Shown here in pieces: positions 9,172 to 18,000 of a stretch of 64,000 nucleotides of DNA. The notes under the pieces were generated by a model. The model was given only the letters and a program-made list of their open reading frames with translations. It did no database searches and was not told the origin of the DNA. The number at the start of each line of letters is the position of its first letter. Positions within the stretch are counted from its first letter, which is position 1. This stretch comes from an uncultured Spirochaetia bacterium (lineage in GTDB: Bacteria; Oederibacteriota; PGYV01; CAYTNY01). The stretch is from the NCBI GenBank assembly GCA_964439215.1, contig CAYTNY010000001.1, forward strand, positions 33 through 64,032, read 5' to 3'. Made by a program: the position numbers and the translations under genes.

Positions 9172-10779
9172 TCACCTCGTTTCTTCAGTCAGCCAGCGTT
9201 TAATAAGCTGAACAATAATCTTCGGATTCTCTCTTGCTATTTTCGTGATCTGTCTTTTCATTTCCGCGCGTTTCTGCGCTTCCGCAAGCTCTGCCGCGGA
9301 CGGAACCGCTTCCAGAGGAACTTCTATTTCTTCCTCTTCCTGAACTTCCTTTGCGGCAAGTTCTATCTGTTTGCGCAGTTTTTCCCTTATCGCCTTGGGT
9401 TTAAGCGTAGAGCGCAGGAACATCAGCGCAAACAGCAGTATAACTATTATAATACCCAGACTCGTCAGCGTTGTCATATATTTTTCTCTTGATTCCACTT
9501 TGCCTTTTGCCTGCTCAGCCTGCTCAATGCTTCTGTCAAATGATATATTTTCAACAGCAACCTGGTCGCCTCTTCCCAGATCAAGCCCCGCCGCGGCAAC
9601 AACAGCGTTTCTTATGGATGTAACCTGCTGCGGCTGCAGATTGTCAACTATAACCGCAACCGACATTCTTTTTACCGCGCCTACTGTTTCTATAATATGA
9701 CTCTCTCTTTTTGTTATCTCATAATTTTCGGTTGATTCTGTTTTGTTATACTGCGAGTTCCCGCTAACAACAGACTGATAACCCGGTACATTTGAATCTG
9801 TTCCCGGAACACCGCCCGGATATACTCCCGCTCCCGTATAACTTTCAAGATTATTGCGCGAACTCCTGAGAACGCCTTTGCCCCCTACCACAGGCTCATA
9901 AACCTCATCTTTTTTCTCAACCTGGTCAAAATTCATCTCCGCGCTGACCCTTACCGAGGCTCTTCTGCGGCCGAGAACATTAAGAAGCATTGATTCAACT
10001 CTTCTTTGTATCTCCCTCTCATACTCTCTCTGTATGCGGATCTGCTGATTTGTAAGTTTCAGCTGTTTTGAAAATGAATTTGCGGTGCCGTCTTCCAGAA
10101 GCTCATCGCGTATCTGATCCGTAAGGATCTCGCCTTTTGTATTTGCTATTGTAACATTTATGGGCTTTAACCCTTCAACACCGGCTGATACAAGATGAAC
10201 AATGGATTTCACTTCATCATAACCGACATTTGCGCCGGATTCCATTCGCAGAAGAACCGAAGCGGTTGGTTCCTGCTCCTTTTCTTCATAAAGCTCTTTT
10301 TTCGGCAGAACAATATGGACTCTTGCTTCCTGTACAGAATCAAGACTTGTTATTGTTCTGTTGAGCTCCCCTTCAAGCGCTCTTACAAAATTCACCCTTT
10401 GGGTAAAATCAGTAACACCCAGATTTGTTTTATCAAATATTTCAAAACCAACTCCTCCGCCCAGAGGCAGCCCTTTTGCCGCCATCTGCAGCCGCAGGTC
10501 ATACACATCTTTGGCAGGGACGGAAATCGTCTTGCCGTCATTACCGAGTTTATATGATATATTCTGTTCTTTAAGCTCTTCAACAATATTTCCCGCGTCA
10601 TCAGAACTCAAATTTGTATATAAAGGAGTGTAATTCGGCGCCGTGGTCCATAACGCAATGACTATAAGTCCGATTAAAACAACGGTAGGAACAGCAACCC
10701 ATACAGCCCTCTGCCCGGCATTAAGACCCGCCCAGAAACCCTTCGCGCGATCCCATATTCTCAAAAGAAAATCGTTCAC
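9172..10779 (-). CDS. fliF: Flagellar MS-ring protein FliF
   Basis: 535 aa. N-terminal TM helix, a YscJ/FliF domain, a second TM helix near the C-terminus, and a charged FliG-binding tail. Confidence 0.9.
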   Translation of the reverse strand: MNDFLLRIWDRAKGFWAGLNAGQRAVWVAVPTVVLIGLIVIALWTTAPNYTPLYTNLSSDDAGNIVEELKEQNISYKLGNDGKTISVPAKDVYDLRLQMAAKGLPLGGGVGFEIFDKTNLGVTDFTQRVNFVRALEGELNRTITSLDSVQEARVHIVLPKKELYEEKEQEPTASVLLRMESGANVGYDEVKSIVHLVSAGVEGLKPINVTIANTKGEILTDQIRDELLEDGTANSFSKQLKLTNQQIRIQREYEREIQRRVESMLLNVLGRRRASVRVSAEMNFDQVEKKDEVYEPVVGGKGVLRSSRNNLESYTGAGVYPGGVPGTDSNVPGYQSVVSGNSQYNKTESTENYEITKRESHIIETVGAVKRMSVAVIVDNLQPQQVTSIRNAVVAAAGLDLGRGDQVAVENISFDRSIEQAEQAKGKVESREKYMTTLTSLGIIIVILLFALMFLRSTLKPKAIREKLRKQIELAAKEVQEEEEIEVPLEAVPSAAELAEAQKRAEMKRQITKIARENPKIIVQLIKRWLTEETR

Positions 10780-10831
10780 TCTTTCACCTCGCGTATATGT
10801 TATTTAATTTTTTCTTTATAAACCTTTACTG

Positions 10832-11170
10832 TTATATCTGCATCCTCATTATCTCGTGATATGCGTCCGTTATTTTATTCTTTACCTGAAGAGCCGTCTG
10901 AAGAGTCATTGATGCTTTCTCAACAGCGAGCATGACATTATGCAGCTCAATATCCTGTCCGGCCGCAAGCTGTTTTATGGCTGTGTCCGCATTTATCTGA
11001 GTTTCATTTATTGATTTCACTGCCATATTTATAACATCTCCGAATCCGGAACCGCCTATTTTAAATTCAGGCTGCACCTGCTGTGCGTTCTGCAGCACTG
11101 TCTCCGGGATGTTGACTTTTGACGCGATTGATTCCATGCCGCCTATCGGTACTGCTCCTCCTGCCGCCAT
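10832..11170 (-). CDS. fliE: Flagellar hook-basal body protein FliE
   Basis: 112 aa. Conserved C-terminus LHNVMLAVEKASMTLQTALQVKNKITDAYHEIMRMQI. Confidence 0.85.
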   Translation of the reverse strand: MAAGGAVPIGGMESIASKVNIPETVLQNAQQVQPEFKIGGSGFGDVINMAVKSINETQINADTAIKQLAAGQDIELHNVMLAVEKASMTLQTALQVKNKITDAYHEIMRMQI

Positions 11171-11226
11171 AATACTACCTCCGTATAAAATAAATTATTG
11201 CTTATAAAACTTCTTTCCGCTGTTTT

Positions 11227-11676
11227 TTATGCTCTTCCTATTTCCAGCGCCTTGTTAGCCATTGTTTTTGCTGAATTCAGCGCGGTAACATTTGCTTCAT
11301 AAGCTCTTGTCGCGGAAATCATATCCACCATTTCCTTTACTATATTTACATTCGGCATTTTCACATATCCTGTGCGGTCCGCGTCAGGATGCCCGGGATC
11401 AAAAACAAGTTTTGACGGCTCCGGCGAATTAATAACACCTGTTACTTTCACGCCTTTAAGATTTTCCGCCTGTTTGCTTTTGTCAAAAAACGCGGGAAAA
11501 AGAAACTGTGCTTTTTCTCCGCGCGGTTCAAATAAAACACGCTGCCTCTGGTAAGGGCCGCCCTCCAGAGTCTGGGTTGTATTTACATTAGCTATATTAT
11601 TTGATATTACATCCATTCTGAGCCTTTCAGCGGTAAGGCCGGACGCGCTGATGGCAAAAGCGCCAAATACACTCAT
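11227..11676 (-). CDS. flgC: Flagellar basal-body rod protein FlgC
   Basis: N-terminal rod motif SASGLTAERLRMDVISNNIANVNTT and a C-terminal Flg_bbr_C domain. Confidence 0.9.
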   Translation of the reverse strand: MSVFGAFAISASGLTAERLRMDVISNNIANVNTTQTLEGGPYQRQRVLFEPRGEKAQFLFPAFFDKSKQAENLKGVKVTGVINSPEPSKLVFDPGHPDADRTGYVKMPNVNIVKEMVDMISATRAYEANVTALNSAKTMANKALEIGRA

Positions 11677-11679
11677 TTG

Positions 11680-12111
11680 TTATCTCCTCCCTTCGGTTAT
11701 TGCGGTTTTCAGCATACCCAGCTTCAGTGAAGTAAGCCGGGCAAGCGTTGAATATGAAGCTGTATTTTCAGCAAGTTTTGACATTTCAGAATCAATATCA
11801 ACATTATTTTTATCTGTTCTTAATGATGTTTCTGTCCTTGTTACGATCTCAGGTTCAAGATCGCTTATGTTCATATTGGGCATTATCGGTATATGCCTGC
11901 TGTTAGTAATATTAAGGGGCAGGTAATTTTTCGCGCTGTCATCCAGAATTTCAGCCAGCTTGTTCTGAAATACCACCTCGGATCTTTTATACCCCGGCGT
12001 TTCTGCGTTTGCTATGTTGTTCGCAACCATTTTGTGCTGCATTGACGCCGCACTCAATGATTTCTCAAGTATCTGATATATTTCACTGGAAAAAATACCG
12101 TCAATCATCAA
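11680..12111 (-). CDS. flgB: Flagellar basal-body rod protein FlgB
   Basis: Rod-protein motif IANAETPGYKRSEVVF. First gene of the flgB-flgC-fliE-fliF... operon. Only a 3-nt gap to flgC. Confidence 0.85.
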   Translation of the reverse strand: MMIDGIFSSEIYQILEKSLSAASMQHKMVANNIANAETPGYKRSEVVFQNKLAEILDDSAKNYLPLNITNSRHIPIMPNMNISDLEPEIVTRTETSLRTDKNNVDIDSEMSKLAENTASYSTLARLTSLKLGMLKTAITEGRR

Positions 12112-12165
12112 TAACCCTCTCTAAAAAATATAATAAATTAATACATTTATGCCGTAAGTGGTATC

Positions 12166-12194
12166 ATATTACTTAAATTTATTTTTTTTGTCAA
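12166..12194 (-). promoter_or_regulatory. Near-consensus sigma70 promoter for the flgB operon (TTGACA-17-TAATAT)
   Basis: Minus-strand -35 TTGACA (plus 12189-12194), an exact 17-nt spacer, and -10 TAATAT (plus 12166-12171). Lies about 55 nt upstream of the flgB ATG in a 128-bp AT-rich gap. Confidence 0.6.
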
Positions 12195-12239
12195 CAAATT
12201 TTTTACTTCTTTTTTTTGTGTGTCTTTTGAAACTCTGTT

Positions 12240-12590
12240 TTACAAGCCCGAACCGCCTTTGTCAAACTGCTTATAAGATTTTATAAAATCAATGCTGCGT
12301 TCGTCTATAAGAACAGAAATTATTTTTTCATTCTCTTTTTCCTGTCTCATCAGCTCTTCAAATAATCTGTTTATTTGCTTCATCAGCGCGGCGTTTTTTT
12401 CATCTTTATGATCCACGCCTTCCATCTGTCTGTCAATTCCGGAAAGCTCCGCGAGCATTCTGTTTTTTTCCCTGTCAAGCGAAACTGTTTCCGTTATTTT
12501 CCTCTGCTCCAGAAGCTCTTTCTGCTTCCGCGCATTTTTCAGCATTTCTTCAAGAAACTCCAGCTTCTTCTCAAGAAAGTTTTCCTTCAT
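12240..12590 (-). CDS. Hypothetical coiled-coil protein (116 aa), possible flagellar chaperone-like (FlgN/FliS-like?)
   Basis: Complete ORF translationally coupled (4-nt overlap) to the upstream ORF. Heptad-rich Lys/Glu sequence, directly upstream of the flgB promoter. No recognisable catalytic motif. Confidence 0.4.
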   Translation of the reverse strand: MKENFLEKKLEFLEEMLKNARKQKELLEQRKITETVSLDREKNRMLAELSGIDRQMEGVDHKDEKNAALMKQINRLFEELMRQEKENEKIISVLIDERSIDFIKSYKQFDKGGSGL

Positions 12591-12967
12591 TTCAACTGCA
12601 GCCTTTTGATCATTTCTTCAATATCCTCCCTTGTCCGCAGCCCGTTTATATCAATGTCAAGTTCAAGAAATCTTTTTAACACCATATTTATCAGCTTGTC
12701 CTTTGTAATCCTTGAAATGTTTTCGCTTTTATTCAAAGCAGACGCGATTTTATGGAATCCTTCAAAATTATACCTGTCAATTCTCGCGGTCCTTACATTT
12801 CTCGGCCGTTTTACGGTCTTTTTATTTTCTTCCTTTTCCTCCGGCCCGGAAAATTCAAATTCTTCTTTTTTTATTTTTTCTTCCGTTGTTTCTTTTTCTT
12901 CTTTTAATTTTTTCAGTTTTTCAATCTGCAGCATCGCTTCGGTAACCGCGTCTTTTTTATTTTCCAT
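12587..12967 (-). CDS. Hypothetical protein (126 aa), KE-rich N-terminus and a helical C-terminal domain of possible nucleic-acid-binding type
   Basis: ORF overlaps the MCP stop by 11 nt and the downstream ORF by 4 nt. The C-terminal segment KIASALNKSENISRITKDKLINMVLKRFLE looks HTH/RHH-like. Confidence 0.35.
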   Translation of the reverse strand: MENKKDAVTEAMLQIEKLKKLKEEKETTEEKIKKEEFEFSGPEEKEENKKTVKRPRNVRTARIDRYNFEGFHKIASALNKSENISRITKDKLINMVLKRFLELDIDINGLRTREDIEEMIKRLQLK

Positions 12968-14198
12968 CGTGCTCCTCTTCGTTTAATTTTTCTTTCAGCC
13001 GCACAAACGAAGCCATCAGGTTTTCCGTCATTTCCCTGGCTTCATAATTCACTTTTGACAGTTCCCCGGAAATGCTGTTTATAGCATCCAGATTTTTAAT
13101 CTGCGCAACGGACTTTGCGGCATTATCGGATATTATTTTAAACATAAGTTCGCTGTCAGTATTATGTTCGTCGGTAAAATCTTTTATTCCTGTAATTGTT
13201 TTTTCCACTTTCTTTACGTCTTTTACTATTTCAATAAAAATATCCCCTGTCTGGTAAAATGTCCTTATATTTTCCTCTATTTTTTCCGCTGTCTTGATTA
13301 TATCTATCACCTCTGTTGTTCTTTCCTGTATTTCTTTTAAAATAACAGCGATTTCCTCCGCCGACTGGTTTGACGCCCCGGAAAGCGTTTTTATCTCCCC
13401 TGCCACAACAGAAAAACTTTTTCCCGCCTCTCCGGCCCGAGCCGCTTCTATGCCGGCGTTAAGCGCAAGCATATTTGTTTTTTTCGCCATATCTGCGATC
13501 TTAACCACAAATATTTTTATTCTTTTTGACATTTCAACAAGTTCATTTATAAGCGACGTGGAATGTATTATGTTTTCCTTCAGCTCCGTTATATTCTGTA
13601 TTTCCCTCCCTATCGCTTTAACTCCGCCGGAAGCGAGTTTTGACTGCTGCCTGGCGTCCTTTAATACATTATATGTGGCGGTGTCAATTCCTTTTGACGT
13701 ATTTTTTATTTCCATTCCTATTGTTTTTATTTTATCAAAGATACCGTCAACTCCGCCGAGATACTCTTTCAAAAGCCGGGCTTTATCGGACATTGCGCTG
13801 TTTTCGTACGCGGTCTTTTCTATCTGGTCAAGCATTTCACGCAGTTTCTCCGTATAACCGTCAATATCTCCGGCCTGCAGCCTGACGCCTCTCTGCAGTT
13901 TTCTCTTTTCAAGAATAACATCATCCACAAGCATATGAATTTCAGGATCTTTTTCAATGAATTCACCCGGGGAATCATCTTCTTTTTTTATCATTTCCCG
14001 CGCCGCCCTGACCGAATCCCTGTGAAATTTCACAAGAAAAAGCGCGGTTATAAGAAATATAACAGCCGCGTGTATATAAAGGAACCAGAAAAGAAACACC
14101 ACATCCGTATCATAACGGAAAAGAAAAATAAGCGCAAAAAATGATGATGCCGCAAAAATAACGGCCCCGCACAGAACAAAGACAGACTGAAGCTTCAT
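12957..14198 (-). CDS. Methyl-accepting chemotaxis protein, short form (2 N-terminal TM helices, no periplasmic sensor)
   Basis: Highly conserved MCP signalling tip KTNMLALNAGIEAARAGEAGKSFSVVAGEIKTLS. Start overlaps the murA stop by 4 nt (ATGA). Confidence 0.85.
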   Translation of the reverse strand: MKLQSVFVLCGAVIFAASSFFALIFLFRYDTDVVFLFWFLYIHAAVIFLITALFLVKFHRDSVRAAREMIKKEDDSPGEFIEKDPEIHMLVDDVILEKRKLQRGVRLQAGDIDGYTEKLREMLDQIEKTAYENSAMSDKARLLKEYLGGVDGIFDKIKTIGMEIKNTSKGIDTATYNVLKDARQQSKLASGGVKAIGREIQNITELKENIIHSTSLINELVEMSKRIKIFVVKIADMAKKTNMLALNAGIEAARAGEAGKSFSVVAGEIKTLSGASNQSAEEIAVILKEIQERTTEVIDIIKTAEKIEENIRTFYQTGDIFIEIVKDVKKVEKTITGIKDFTDEHNTDSELMFKIISDNAAKSVAQIKNLDAINSISGELSKVNYEAREMTENLMASFVRLKEKLNEEEHDGK

Positions 14199-15472
14199 AC
14201 CGAAGCCTCCTTTTCAATATGTATATCAGCTCCCAGCTTTCTGAGTTTTTTATCAAGATTCTCATAACCTCTTTCAAGGTGATATATTCTCCTGACAACC
14301 GTTGTTCCCGAAGCCGCAAGCCCGGCGATTATCAGGGCAGCTGAGGCCCGCAGGTCGGAAGCCATCACATCCGCCCCGCTGAAAGACGGCACCCCTGTAA
14401 CTACCGCGGTATTTTCATCTATTTTTATATCAGCTCCCATACGCACCAGCTCCATTACGTGCATAAACCTGTTTTCCCATATATTTTCCTTTATTATACT
14501 GTCCCCTTTTGCCAGGGACATCAGAGCCATCCACTGCGCCTGTATATCCGTGGGAAATCCGGGATACGGCTCTGTCAGGACATCAACACTTTTCAGGCGT
14601 TTTCCTGACGCGGAAATCTCCACAAAGTTTTTCCCGGTTTTAAATTTCACGCCTGCTTCTTTTAATTTCTCAAGAAACATCGCAAGATGCCCGGGGTTTA
14701 TTTTTTTTACTCTTATTGTTCCTCTTGTAATAATACCCGCCGCAATCAGGGTTGCAGCCTCAATCCTGTCGGGAATAACACTGTATCCGTTTACACCTTT
14801 TAATTTCTTCACCCCTTTTATCACAAGACAATCCGTGCCTTCTCCGCTTATCTTTGCCCCCATACACCTTAAATATTTAACCGTATCTATTATTTCAGGT
14901 TCTTTAGAAGCGTTTTCAAGTATTGTTTCGCCTTCCGCAAGCACCGCGGCAAGCATTATATTCACGGTTGCCCCCAGGCTGACTTTGTCAAAAACGATCC
15001 TTGCCCCCTTCAGTCTTTTTGCACTGGCCTTTACATACCCGTGCTTCATTTCTATTTTCGCCCCCAGTTTTCTGAGGCCTTTTATATGAAGATCAATGGG
15101 TCTCGCGCCTATGGCGCAGCCTCCGGGCAGCGATACTTTTGCCTGCTTATATTTGGCGACAAGCGGCCCGAGCACATAAATGGAAGCGCGCATTGTTTTG
15201 ACAAGTTCATAAGGGGCCTTGTAGTTTTTAATTCTTTTGGGATTTATTATTAATGTATGATTTTCATAACCCACTGACGCACCCAGTATTTTAAGCAGAT
15301 GCCCCATTGTTTTTACATCCGCAAGCAGCGGAACATTATGAATCACACTCGGGGACCCGGCCAGTATTGAAGCCGCCATAACAGGAAGTGCGGCGTTTTT
15401 TGAGCCTGAAACATTCACGGACCCGTTTAATTTTTTCCCGCCTTTTATAATCATTTTTTTCAGTGTAATCAT
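14195..15472 (-). CDS. murA: UDP-N-acetylglucosamine 1-carboxyvinyltransferase MurA
   Basis: 425 aa EPSP-synthase-fold protein. N-terminus KLNGSVNVSGSKNAALPVMAASILA is typical of MurA. Full length. Confidence 0.9.
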   Translation of the reverse strand: MITLKKMIIKGGKKLNGSVNVSGSKNAALPVMAASILAGSPSVIHNVPLLADVKTMGHLLKILGASVGYENHTLIINPKRIKNYKAPYELVKTMRASIYVLGPLVAKYKQAKVSLPGGCAIGARPIDLHIKGLRKLGAKIEMKHGYVKASAKRLKGARIVFDKVSLGATVNIMLAAVLAEGETILENASKEPEIIDTVKYLRCMGAKISGEGTDCLVIKGVKKLKGVNGYSVIPDRIEAATLIAAGIITRGTIRVKKINPGHLAMFLEKLKEAGVKFKTGKNFVEISASGKRLKSVDVLTEPYPGFPTDIQAQWMALMSLAKGDSIIKENIWENRFMHVMELVRMGADIKIDENTAVVTGVPSFSGADVMASDLRASAALIIAGLAASGTTVVRRIYHLERGYENLDKKLRKLGADIHIEKEASV

Positions 15473-15570
15473 TTCAGCGCAGACATCTCCATAAATATTA
15501 TATTTTATTTATTATAACTTTTTTATAAAGTTCAGTAAAGGAGTTTGTGGGAGCAAACGGGAAACATAAT

Positions 15571-15810
15571 TTTTTATTTTTGATTTTTAATTTTTGATTT
15601 AAAACCAAAAACAAAACCATTGCGTGTGCGGTGCGGCGGGGTCTTTTTCGCAGGGAACACGCCCTGTCGTGTTCCGGCCTTTTAATTTTAAAACCCGGAC
15701 AAGCACAGGGGCTTGTCCCTACGAAATAAAAAATCAAAAATAAAAATGTATTTCGTCTTCATCTTTTAAGAAGTTAAATCAAAAATCACAAATAAAAAAT
15801 CAAAAATATC
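15571..15810. repeat. MITE/REP-like composite element: two GC-rich hairpin modules bounded by AT-rich inverted repeats
   Basis: Hairpin A is gggaacacgccctgtcgtgttcc at 15653-15675. Hairpin B is ggacaagcacaggggcttgtcc at 15697-15718. A is flanked by ttttcgcagg and B by cctacgaaa, which are near reverse complements, so A and B are inverted diverged copies. Left flank atttttgatttttaatttttgattt (15576-15600) is mirrored by the right flank aaatcaaaaat...aaaaaatcaaaaatatc (15728-15810). A related copy occurs at 24665-24810. Confidence 0.6.
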
Positions 15811-15817
15811 TTTTATC

Positions 15818-17836
15818 TCACTTATACACCGTACTTTTTATTATTATTTCAACTCTCCGGTTTTTTGCGCGGTTTTCGGATGTGCTGTTGGCCGCTACAG
15901 GATCTGTTTCTCCCTTTCCTGACACCCTTATTCTGCTTTCGTCAATACCCTGCAGATTTACCATAAAGAATTTAACGGCGCGGGCCCTTGCGCCCGACAG
16001 CTTTGTTCTTGTTCCGTATTCGCCCGGATCTTCCCTATTGTCCGTATATCCCGTTACCTTTATATCCGAATCCGGGAAGCTGCCAAGCACATCTTTTATT
16101 TCTTTCAATTTATTATACGCGGATATTTTCACGTTTGCCCTGCCCTGCTCAAATATCGCGTCAGAAGCAAATGTCAGTTTTATTTCTTTTAAAAGAATAA
16201 CCGCGGACTTAACAGGAGCCGCGCCCTTGTTCCCGGGATTGTCATGCGCCGTTAAAGAATAATAATATATTTCTCCTGTTTTCACATATCCGCCGTCATT
16301 TCCTCTGCCGTCCCACACAAGCTTTTCAGGAGGCGCTCCCGCGCCGGATGCTGAAAAAAACAATTCTTTATCATAATCCCAGACCGCCAGCTGCCAGTTC
16401 CTTATGCCGTTCCTGTCAAGGGCCCTCATTCTGAAAACCGCGGGTATTAAAAGAGCCTCATCTTCGCCCGGGCGCAGAAGTTTAGGCTCGGATAAAACAG
16501 AAACACGGGGCGGGGTATTGTCTATCTCCACTTTCACTGTATTTGACTCTGATATTGCCCTTCCGTAATCCACTTTAAGACGGGCGCTGTAAACTCCGTC
16601 AGGCAGAATCCGGCCGTCTTTATCTCTGCCGTCCCATATATATTCAAACCAATCCGGCGAAGACGCCTCAATAACAGCCGCGGGTTTATTTTCATTTTTT
16701 CCAAACACCTCCAGACTCATTTTTTTTATTTTCTCTTTTGAACCCGCATCCGCTTTAAACCGGGCAGTCCCGCTGCGGCTGCCGCCCCGCGAGGAAATAA
16801 CCGGCGGATAAACCGAAAGCTCCGACGGCGGCGCGCCCCAGCTGTAAGCCGCGGACATCCTGTGCGTCCCTCCGAGCTCTCCGTAATGAATAAAAGCATA
16901 ATCAACATCAAACCCTCCGAGTTTTATACCCAGTCCGGCTGTCAGGTGATTGAACCCTCCCGCAGCAAACCCTGTCCTGAACACCGCAATATCATTTATC
17001 GTGTATTCCGCTCCTCCTGAAAAAATAAAGTCATAATCAACGTGAAGATCCATCTGCACCGACAAAAGAAGCGGATATCCGGCTGCCTCAAAAACATCAG
17101 AGACACCCATTGACAGTATCTTGGGCGGTTCAAATGACATATTATTCAGTTTCACTTCGGTTCCTATATTTGATATCGCAACACCAAAACCTATAAGATG
17201 ATGATCATCAAACATCAGCATTTTATACAAGAGCCCCATATCCGCGGATAAATTATAACCCGTATAATCCGCCATACTCTCGGAATTAAAGTTTATCTTA
17301 AATCCCGTGGAAATATATTCATTAAGATATATGCCGTATGCGGCGGAGGCCGAATAATTATAAGGAAAATAAACCCCGTCCGAAAATTCATTCCAGTCTA
17401 CTCCTGAATTCAGATATACAGGATCATATGACGGCAGATCATAATTCCGCGAAAGCCCTCCCGCGCGCAGCATTGAAAAAGAAAAACCCATTTTTGTATT
17501 TTCCATAAAAGGAGAAGGCATTACAAAAGAAATATGCTCCATCCCGATGTCCTCAAACCACATTATATGAGATGCCTGAATTTCATAGGCCCTTACATAG
17601 GAAATACCCGCAGGATTATAATACATGCCGTATGTGCCTTCCGATACAGCCGTATATGCCCCACCCATACCGGCTGCCCCCGCCATAGGGGATATTTTCA
17701 TGAAATTATTTGAAGTGGTGCCCGTAAGCCGGCTGTCAGGCAAAACATTACGCGAAAAAAACACAACAGCCAGAAAAAGCACGCTCCAAAAAACAAGCAC
17801 TGTTCTCATCCGCATTGCCGCCGGTTTCACATTCAT
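15818..17836 (-). CDS. Outer-membrane protein with an N-terminal PorV/UPF0164-like barrel, two FlgD_Ig-like domains and a C-terminal OmpA peptidoglycan-binding domain
   Basis: Signal peptide. N-terminal motif AGAAGMGGAYTAVSEGTYGMYYNPAGISYV matches the PorV-like paralog at 25472 (GAAAGGMGNAY...NPAGLS). Two WDGRDKDGRILPDGVYSARL / WDGRGNDGGYVKTGEIYYY motifs of FlgD_Ig type. C-terminal OmpA_C motif VTGYTDNREDPGEYGTRTKLSGARARAV...NRRVEI. Confidence 0.65.
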   Translation of the reverse strand: MNVKPAAMRMRTVLVFWSVLFLAVVFFSRNVLPDSRLTGTTSNNFMKISPMAGAAGMGGAYTAVSEGTYGMYYNPAGISYVRAYEIQASHIMWFEDIGMEHISFVMPSPFMENTKMGFSFSMLRAGGLSRNYDLPSYDPVYLNSGVDWNEFSDGVYFPYNYSASAAYGIYLNEYISTGFKINFNSESMADYTGYNLSADMGLLYKMLMFDDHHLIGFGVAISNIGTEVKLNNMSFEPPKILSMGVSDVFEAAGYPLLLSVQMDLHVDYDFIFSGGAEYTINDIAVFRTGFAAGGFNHLTAGLGIKLGGFDVDYAFIHYGELGGTHRMSAAYSWGAPPSELSVYPPVISSRGGSRSGTARFKADAGSKEKIKKMSLEVFGKNENKPAAVIEASSPDWFEYIWDGRDKDGRILPDGVYSARLKVDYGRAISESNTVKVEIDNTPPRVSVLSEPKLLRPGEDEALLIPAVFRMRALDRNGIRNWQLAVWDYDKELFFSASGAGAPPEKLVWDGRGNDGGYVKTGEIYYYSLTAHDNPGNKGAAPVKSAVILLKEIKLTFASDAIFEQGRANVKISAYNKLKEIKDVLGSFPDSDIKVTGYTDNREDPGEYGTRTKLSGARARAVKFFMVNLQGIDESRIRVSGKGETDPVAANSTSENRAKNRRVEIIIKSTVYK

Positions 17837-17894
17837 TCGTTCCCCTCTATCATTCTTAATTTGTTTTTACAATTATATCACGGAGAAGAGGGAT

Positions 17895-18000
17895 AAGGGA
17901 ATAGAAACCTGAGTTTTGAGTTTTGAGTTTTGGGAAATAATAGTTCAAAGTTCAAAGATAAGGCAGTTCAAAGTTCAAAAGAACAAAATATAAGCTTTAA
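17895..18000. repeat. Short tandem repeat array in the upstream region of the PorV-OmpA gene
   Basis: Plus strand shows (gagttt)x3, then agttcaaagttcaaag twice separated by 9 bp, with an in-register spacing of 23 bp. On the minus strand (gene sense) this is TTTGAACTTTGAACT x2 followed by (aaaactc)x3, just upstream of a TATAAT-like -10 near 17880. Confidence 0.6.

Noticed and set aside
15498-15737. 79-aa ORF (and the 24283-24939 ORF) containing the peptide PCACPGF
   Set aside because: The shared peptide comes from the palindromic repeat cccctgtgcttgtccgggttt read on opposite strands at the two loci. The 'genes' are artefacts of translating a non-coding REP-like element.
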